A DNA stretch of 64,000 nucleotides, taken from positions 3,545 through 67,544 of the forward strand of contig JASFYL010000001.1 in NCBI GenBank assembly GCA_030055575.1. Reading direction: 5' to 3'. The notes beneath the pieces are model-generated. The model was not told where the DNA came from and did no database searches. It was given only the letters and a program-made list of their open reading frames with translations. This document shows, one piece after another, positions 58,157 to 64,000 of this stretch. Position numbers and translations under genes: made by a program. Numbering within the stretch: position 1 is the first letter of the stretch; the number at the start of each line of letters is the position of its first letter. Source of the stretch: Thermoproteota archaeon (GTDB lineage: Archaea > Thermoproteota > Methanomethylicia > Methanomethylicales > Methanomethylicaceae).

Positions 58157-59097
58157 GCTCCTCAGTAACCTTCGTCGGAACTGGATCCTATCCAGCCCAC
58201 ATAACTGGATTCTTCACAGTCCACAAGTATGCTGACCCGCTTCGTAGTGGCTCGACTGGAGCCGGGATCTGCATTACGGGTGGCGTCAGATGTGGGGTCG
58301 AAGCATCCAAGTCCTCGACCTCTTTCTTAAGAATTGTCAGCAACGGAGTAGAGGTTTCATCCCCCACTTGCCGATCCGTTGTCTCCCAGCTACTTCCCCG
58401 TGAAGGATATTCGATATCTGTTAGGATGCAATCCTTACTCCCGGCAAACTATGGATACGGTATAAGCGGTTCCTCTGCACTGAGCTTGGCAACCGCTCTG
58501 AATGAAGCTCTGAGACTTGGGCTCTCCACCATGGAGATTGGGACCGTCGCGCATGTAGCGGAAGTGGAGAATATGACTGGTTTGGGGGATGTAATGGCTG
58601 AGATGGTGGGCGGTCTAGAAGTGAGGGTCAGCCCAGGGGCGCCGGGAATCGGGGTTGCTAGGCAGGTTCCAGTTGAACGAGACAGCGTGGTTCTCTCCAC
58701 CCCTGTAGTGGAGTATCCCACAAAGATGATGTTAACGAATTCCCAATATGTAGAGCGGATTAACCTGTTGGGCGCACGGGCCCTTGATTCATTTCTTGAG
58801 TCCCCGACAATAGAGAACTTTATGATCCAGTCACGACGCTTCTGGGAGGGCGTGGGGCTCTTGGAGTCACCTGTTTTATCCGTGCTGCGGAGATATGAGC
58901 GGGCTGGAATATTGTTTCCCTCTGTCAAGAAGGGTATCGTCTTCGCAGTCCTTGACAGAGATGATCTACCCCGCGTCCTAGGTCGCTTGGCATCTCGCGG
59001 GGGTGCCGATGGCTCTGGGCATGTTTTGATGGAGGGGGATCTCAGGCTGTTCGTTTCAGAAGTTCATATGAGGGGAGTGGAATGGGCGTCAGGCTGA
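58153..59097 (+). CDS. GHMP-family kinase, likely archaeal pantoate kinase
   Basis: GYGISGSSALSLATAL is the GHMP motif. Sits between coaBC and the PPS gene. Confidence 0.65.
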   Translation: MSSSVTFVGTGSYPAHITGFFTVHKYADPLRSGSTGAGICITGGVRCGVEASKSSTSFLRIVSNGVEVSSPTCRSVVSQLLPREGYSISVRMQSLLPANYGYGISGSSALSLATALNEALRLGLSTMEIGTVAHVAEVENMTGLGDVMAEMVGGLEVRVSPGAPGIGVARQVPVERDSVVLSTPVVEYPTKMMLTNSQYVERINLLGARALDSFLESPTIENFMIQSRRFWEGVGLLESPVLSVLRRYERAGILFPSVKKGIVFAVLDRDDLPRVLGRLASRGGADGSGHVLMEGDLRLFVSEVHMRGVEWASG

Positions 59098-59855
59098 AGA
59101 TACCAAAGAACCACGTAAGGGCCGCGTCCTTGTACATAAGAGAGAAGCTGGTCGAGGGTGAAGAGTGTGGGGTCGTGACAAAGTCTGGGCTTATAGCTCA
59201 CGGAAGAGGAGAAGCATTCGACTACTTAATCGGGGAAGAGACAATCGCACCCGCCCTCTTTGCAACAAGGGCTGCCGCGGCTGCCCTGCTCACAGCGTCC
59301 CATCCTGTAATCTCGGTGAACGGCAACACTGCTGCGCTTGTGCCCAAAGAGATTGTCAAGCTCTCAGAGGAGGTTCCTGCGGATCTCGAGGTTAACCTCT
59401 TCTACAGGAGCAGGAAAAGGGAGATCGCAGTCAGAGATGCATTGATCAGGGCTGGTGCAAAGCGCGTCTTAGGAGTTGGGAGATGTGCGAGTGCCAGAAT
59501 TCCTGAGCTATTCAGCGAAAGGCGGAGGGTCGACCCGCGCGGAATATACTCCGCAGATGTTGTGTTGGTGCCGTTGGAAGACGGCGACCGGACCATGGCA
59601 CTTAAGAAAATGGGAAAGCTAGTGATAACAATCGATCTTAACCCTCTCTCTAGGACTGCCCAGACTGCCGACATCACGATCGTAGACAATATCATTCGCG
59701 CGGTACCTAACATTACTTCCGCAGTTAGAGAGATGAAGGGTCTGGGTAGGGCTTCGCTTAATGAAGTCCTTCGGAACTATAACAACAGGCTGAATATTTC
59801 AAGCACACTGATCCACCTACGAGACCGTCTCACTAGGCTGGCAGAGGATGTTTGA
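59082..59855 (+). CDS. Phosphopantothenate synthetase (archaeal 4-phosphopantoate:beta-alanine ligase)
   Basis: ~257 aa of the COG1701/DUF137-type family. Its start overlaps the kinase stop. Confidence 0.65.
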   Translation: MGVRLKIPKNHVRAASLYIREKLVEGEECGVVTKSGLIAHGRGEAFDYLIGEETIAPALFATRAAAAALLTASHPVISVNGNTAALVPKEIVKLSEEVPADLEVNLFYRSRKREIAVRDALIRAGAKRVLGVGRCASARIPELFSERRRVDPRGIYSADVVLVPLEDGDRTMALKKMGKLVITIDLNPLSRTAQTADITIVDNIIRAVPNITSAVREMKGLGRASLNEVLRNYNNRLNISSTLIHLRDRLTRLAEDV

Positions 59856-60382
59856 ACATGCGTGTTTTGCACAATAGACGCTCCTATATGTTAGTCTATA
59901 TCGCCCTCTTCGGGGCGCTATCTATTGTGCTCACCAGTCTCCGCGTCTCCTTCCCACTAGGGAATCCGAACTTGGGCTCAACTGCGGTCTCTGTAGTTGC
60001 AGTAGCCTCGCCTGGACTATCCGCGTTCGCAGTTGGTTTGATAAAGGGGGTGGGCGCATCCCTATGGACCGGTCAGGCAATTATAGAGATCCCTGCAGGC
60101 ATTGGTGACGGGATGATGGGTCTACTGACCTCTTGGCTGTCCAGACGTAAGAATCCGGCTATCGCTGTGGTGGTAGGTCAGTTGAGCAGGTATGTCTTCA
60201 CCTCTGGGATGATCTCTCTTTCGCTCAGCATCTTCCAGTCGAATTTATACCCGAGCTTTATAGCTGCATGGCATGCTATGATCCCAGCGATCACACTCTC
60301 GATAGTCGGCAATGCGCTAATCTCTTTGTATTTGGTGCAGAACCTACATCTATTCACGCGTAGCATTCAGGAACGATTTTGA
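59852..60382 (+). CDS. Polytopic membrane protein, candidate substrate-binding (ECF-S-like) transporter component
   Basis: 5-6 TM helices. Translationally coupled to the CoA genes, but no motif is recognised. Confidence 0.35.
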   Translation: MNMRVLHNRRSYMLVYIALFGALSIVLTSLRVSFPLGNPNLGSTAVSVVAVASPGLSAFAVGLIKGVGASLWTGQAIIEIPAGIGDGMMGLLTSWLSRRKNPAIAVVVGQLSRYVFTSGMISLSLSIFQSNLYPSFIAAWHAMIPAITLSIVGNALISLYLVQNLHLFTRSIQERF

Positions 60383-61022
60383 ACACAGGAACTTATTTTT
60401 CGATTGGGCTTCTATCTGCCAAGTGACCTCCACCTGTCTTATCCGTCTGGATGGGGTAAATGCTTCTCGAGCTCCCTCTGTGACAATGTGAACAGCAGAT
60501 TCAAACTGCTGTCTACACCCCACTAGCCTCAATTGGATATGAACCCCTTTTACTGATGATTTTTCTTCACTTCTACACCGGAGCCAGTGGGCGATCAGAT
60601 GGTCCTCCTCCTATTGGCGTATTCGAAAGGGAACTTGTACCGAACCAAACAGCAATATCGTCCTCTCGCCCTCACTTTGATACAATCGACAATACCCCCC
60701 AGACTCTGAAGACCCTCTATACAAACCTAGGTCATCTTTGATGCTCTCTGGGGACGTGGCAGTTTATCGTAGCTGGGCTGCCGCCCTCAATTCGCCTGTC
60801 ACGGGTGAGACCAAGGGCTTGCTGATGCTTAGGAGATGTCCAGTTCTCGGTCCTGGGAACATCCGGAACCAAGCATTATCAATGGGAATCTGCACCCTTG
60901 AGAGCTGGACAGAAAACCACCCGAAAGTACCTGCTGTCGATGGAAAGTGCCAAGAGAAAAAGCTTTTAACTTTATTTCCTCTTTTACTTTTCAAAAGTAG
61001 CTTTGAACGGTAGGTATTAATC

Positions 61023-62219
61023 ATGTCGATAAGTAGAATCGCTCTTGCATATTCCGGAGGCTTGGACACCTCGGTGGCAATAAAGTGGCTCTCAGAAAGA
61101 TATGGATCGAAAGTGATCACAGTGACCGTAGACGTCGGGCAAGGGGAAGATTTCAAGGCGATTGGAGAGAAGGCGCTCAGAGTGGGCGCTGAGCACCACT
61201 ACACAATCGACGCTAAGGAGGAGTTTGTCAGAGGCTTCATCTTCCCTTCGATAAAGGCGAATGGGCTCTACCAGGGGAAGTATCCTATCTCGACCGCACT
61301 CAGCAGGCCTCTGATCGCGAAGAAGCTGATAGAGGTCGCCCACAAGGAAGGATGCGATGCCGTTGCACACGGCTGCACTGGTAAGGGAAACGATCAGCTC
61401 AGGATCGAGATCTCCTGCAGGGCGCTCGACCCCACCATGAAGATCCTTGCCCCCACGAGGGAGTGGGGAATGAGCCGGGATCAGGAGGTCGAGTACGCCA
61501 TGAAACATGGCATACCCATCTCGAAGGCAGCGAAGAAGTACAGTATAGACCAGAACCTCTGGGGGAGATCGATAGAGAGCGGGCCACTGGAGAATCCATG
61601 GACTGCGCCGGAAGAGGATGGGTGGGAGTGGACGAAAGCCCCCGAGCTTGCCCCAGACACTCCGAGGAATGTCGAGCTACGCTTCAGTAATGGCGTTCCT
61701 GTCGCAATAGACGGAGAAGAATGCCAACCACTAGACCTCATAAGGAAACTAAACAAGATCGCGGGGGAGCACGGCGTTGGAAGGATAGACCATATGGAGG
61801 ACAGGATCGTTGGGATAAAATCGAGAGAGACCTACGAGTGCCCAGCTGCCGTGACCGTACTCGAGGCCCACAAGGATCTCGAGAAGCTGGTTCTTAATAG
61901 ACACGAGCTATCGTTCAAGAGGATGGTCGACGAACAGTGGACCTATCTGGTCTACGCCGGCCTTTGGGAAGACCCGCTCAGGGAAGAGCTGGACGCTTTC
62001 ATCGACAAGGCAAATGAGCGGGTAGAAGGAAGGGTCAGGGTCAGGCTTTACAAGGGTTCTCTAGCAATCACAGGGAGGGAATCCCCCAACTCCGTGTACG
62101 ACTTCAAGACCGCCACTTATGACTCTTCTTCGACATTCGATCAAACCCTCTCGAAGGGGTTCGTGGAGCTCTGGGGGCTTCCCACGGTAGTCTCTAGGAA
62201 ACTGGTCTCGAGGAGATAG
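61023..62219 (+). CDS. argG: Argininosuccinate synthase
   Basis: AYSGGLDTS PP-loop and ...HGCTGKGNDQ.... Confidence 0.9.
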   Translation: MSISRIALAYSGGLDTSVAIKWLSERYGSKVITVTVDVGQGEDFKAIGEKALRVGAEHHYTIDAKEEFVRGFIFPSIKANGLYQGKYPISTALSRPLIAKKLIEVAHKEGCDAVAHGCTGKGNDQLRIEISCRALDPTMKILAPTREWGMSRDQEVEYAMKHGIPISKAAKKYSIDQNLWGRSIESGPLENPWTAPEEDGWEWTKAPELAPDTPRNVELRFSNGVPVAIDGEECQPLDLIRKLNKIAGEHGVGRIDHMEDRIVGIKSRETYECPAAVTVLEAHKDLEKLVLNRHELSFKRMVDEQWTYLVYAGLWEDPLREELDAFIDKANERVEGRVRVRLYKGSLAITGRESPNSVYDFKTATYDSSSTFDQTLSKGFVELWGLPTVVSRKLVSRR

Positions 62220-62239
62220 CCGCTCGGAGGATCAGGGGG

Positions 62240-63730
62240 TTGAAGATCACTCGCGGCGGGCGCCTCTCGGGCGACCTCACCGAGGAAGTAGCCAGATTCA
62301 CCTCCTCCTCTGGGTTTGACCACTACATTGCAGAGGAGGTTGTGGAGATAAACATAGCGCATGTCTTGGCACTGGCTGCATCCAATTACCTCCGTCCTCA
62401 GGAGGCACTCGATCTAGTGAGCGCGCTTGAGACCCTCAAGGGGAAGGCACTGCAGATTCCCCCTGAGTTGGAGGACATCCACATGGTCGTCGAGGAAGAG
62501 GTCACGAGGATAGTCGGTCAAGAGAAAGGCGGGAAGGTACACACTGGCAAGAGCAGGAATGACCAAGTGGCGACGGCGATAAGGATGCGCCTCAGACGGT
62601 TCATGCTAGACCTGTGTTCCGAAATTGCCTCCCTACAGAAAGCTTTGCTGGATCTTGCCGCATCCAACCAGGGGAAGATCATTGTGCCCGGGTACACCCA
62701 CCTCCAGCATGCCCAGCCCGTGACCGTAGCACACCACCTCTTGGCACACCATGACGCTATCGCGAGGAACTTCGACCGGCTAGCCGACTCCTACCAAAGA
62801 GTTAACCTCAGCCCGATGGGGGCAGCCGCACTCGCCGGGACTGGTTTCCAGATCGACAGGGACCTCGTTGCTAGGTACCTCGGATTCAGCGGGATTGTCG
62901 AGAACACGATGGATGCGGTAGCATCGCGTGACTTCGCGCTGGAAGTTGCCTCCTCGCTCACAATCCTGATGGTAGACCTGAGCCGGTTCGCAGAGGAGCT
63001 AGTCATCTGGGCTTCTTCCGAATTCGGCTACATAGAGATGCCTGATGACCACTCTTCGACCAGCAGTATCATGCCGCAGAAGAAGAACCCGGTGACAGCA
63101 GAGATCCTCAGGGCCACCACAGGTAGGGTCTTCGGAGACTTGGCTTCGATGGTGATGATCATGAAGTCTCTCCCACTCACATACAACTTGGACATGCAAC
63201 AGCTCACCCCCCACCTATGGAGCTCATGCGAATCCACGAGCCTGTCAATAAGGGTTCTAACGGACCTCGTGAGGAAGCTGCGTTTCGACGAAAAGAGGAT
63301 TCGGGAGTCTGTGATCAAGGGCTCTTCGGTTGCAACGGAGCTAGCTGATGTGCTGGTCAGAGAAGGCGGGGTCGCGTTCCGGAAAGCCCACCATGTCGTC
63401 GGCGCGGTCGTCAAGGCCCTCTATACCGAGGGGCTGTCCCTCTCAGAGACGCCTCCAGAGCGTCTCCAAGAGATGATCTCCAAGCTCTCTGGCATAGTGC
63501 TTGACCTAGACTCGATAAGGGGAGCGGTATCCCCTGACCGGAATGTAGACGTCAGAAAAGTTAAGGGTGGGCCAGCATATGCCGAGTCGGAGAGGATGAT
63601 CCTAGAGAGGAGGCGCCTTATTGAAAAAGAGGAGGATTTACTAAATGCCATGAGGCGGGTTGAGGAGGAGGGCAAGATCGCGATGCTCAGGGAGATCGAG
63701 TCCTTGCGCCAGAGTATATCAGATAACTAG
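62240..63730 (+). CDS. argH: Argininosuccinate lyase
   Basis: Fumarate-lyase signature GSSIMPQKKNP. Confidence 0.9.
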   Translation: MKITRGGRLSGDLTEEVARFTSSSGFDHYIAEEVVEINIAHVLALAASNYLRPQEALDLVSALETLKGKALQIPPELEDIHMVVEEEVTRIVGQEKGGKVHTGKSRNDQVATAIRMRLRRFMLDLCSEIASLQKALLDLAASNQGKIIVPGYTHLQHAQPVTVAHHLLAHHDAIARNFDRLADSYQRVNLSPMGAAALAGTGFQIDRDLVARYLGFSGIVENTMDAVASRDFALEVASSLTILMVDLSRFAEELVIWASSEFGYIEMPDDHSSTSSIMPQKKNPVTAEILRATTGRVFGDLASMVMIMKSLPLTYNLDMQQLTPHLWSSCESTSLSIRVLTDLVRKLRFDEKRIRESVIKGSSVATELADVLVREGGVAFRKAHHVVGAVVKALYTEGLSLSETPPERLQEMISKLSGIVLDLDSIRGAVSPDRNVDVRKVKGGPAYAESERMILERRRLIEKEEDLLNAMRRVEEEGKIAMLREIESLRQSISDN

Positions 63731-63956
63731 CGACTTCCCTGATCCACTTTCCACTGGATTCGTTAGCCTCGAGCAACCGGAGGTATTCCTCCCAAGTTAC
63801 ATCCATCCTCTCATGCCATGTAGTGTAGTGATCCCTTATTCTGGCTTCAGCTTCAGCGTGCTCCTCGCAAAGTTCACCCTTGCTTTCCGCCTCGCAGATA
63901 CTGCACTTCATGCCCTCATCTTTGATGGGCATTCTGGGTTTATGCAGATCGTCCAT
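63687..63956 (-). CDS. Small hypothetical Cys/His-containing protein
   Basis: 89 aa with CSICEA...CEEH.... Overlaps the argH 3' end by 44 nt. Confidence 0.3.
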   Translation of the reverse strand: MDDLHKPRMPIKDEGMKCSICEAESKGELCEEHAEAEARIRDHYTTWHERMDVTWEEYLRLLEANESSGKWIREVASYLIYSGARTRSP

Positions 63957-64000
63957 GTCTTTGAGTATCCTCCAGTAACCGCTATTATTGGAAAACCACA

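Noticed and set aside
60764-61156. 130-aa minus-strand ORF overlapping the argG start
   Set aside because: Antisense to the conserved ArgG N-terminus with no motifs. Its upstream half lies in low-quality coding sequence.
1-64000. CRISPR arrays, IS elements, integrases and prophage genes
   Set aside because: No direct-repeat/spacer arrays, no transposase or integrase-like ORFs, and no inverted terminal repeats were seen. The window looks like core chromosome.

Overview
This reads as a compact archaeal chromosomal segment. About 90% of it is coding on both strands, GC is mid-range, and there is no sign of mobile elements or CRISPR. Archaeal hallmarks are abundant: aPelota, NMD3, aIF2-beta, the EndA splicing endonuclease alongside an intron-containing tRNA-Lys, DGGGP synthase, CDP-archaeol synthase, a SAMP/MoaD-like Gly-Gly protein, archaeal-type CoA and mevalonate pathway genes, the XPF/XPD/RadB repair proteins and an SRP RNA.

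The functional blocks are:
- Translation and tRNA: HisRS, MetRS, aIF2-beta, NMD3, Pelota, a TtuA-like tRNA thiolase, an MtaB-like methylthiotransferase, five tRNAs and the SRP RNA.
- Lipid and isoprenoid: DGGGPS, CarS, and an AcnX large/small-subunit plus UbiD-like decarboxylase operon.
- CoA biosynthesis: CoaBC, pantoate kinase and phosphopantothenate synthetase.
- A 7.4 kb Mrp/Mbh-type antiporter-like cluster with an unusual subunit order (NuoL-like, D, E, F, G, B', B, C, D).
- A redox and oxidative-stress neighbourhood: bacterioferritin-like protein, desulfoferrodoxin, peroxiredoxin and an Ogg-type glycosylase.
- A secreted papain-like peptidase with PKD/FN3 domains and a heavily N-glycosylation-sequon-rich surface protein.
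- argG-argH.

The items most worth a second look are:
- A roughly 1 kb ORF-free AT-rich region carrying ORB-like palindromes upstream of the Mrp cluster.
- A four-gene minus-strand cluster of unknown function: CutA, a Pol-beta-type nucleotidyltransferase, a small membrane protein and a radical SAM enzyme with a C-terminal extension.
- Two small zinc-ribbon ORFs that the 60-aa ORF track misses.
- Several orphan hypothetical proteins.

All functional calls rest on motif and family recognition by eye, without database searches.
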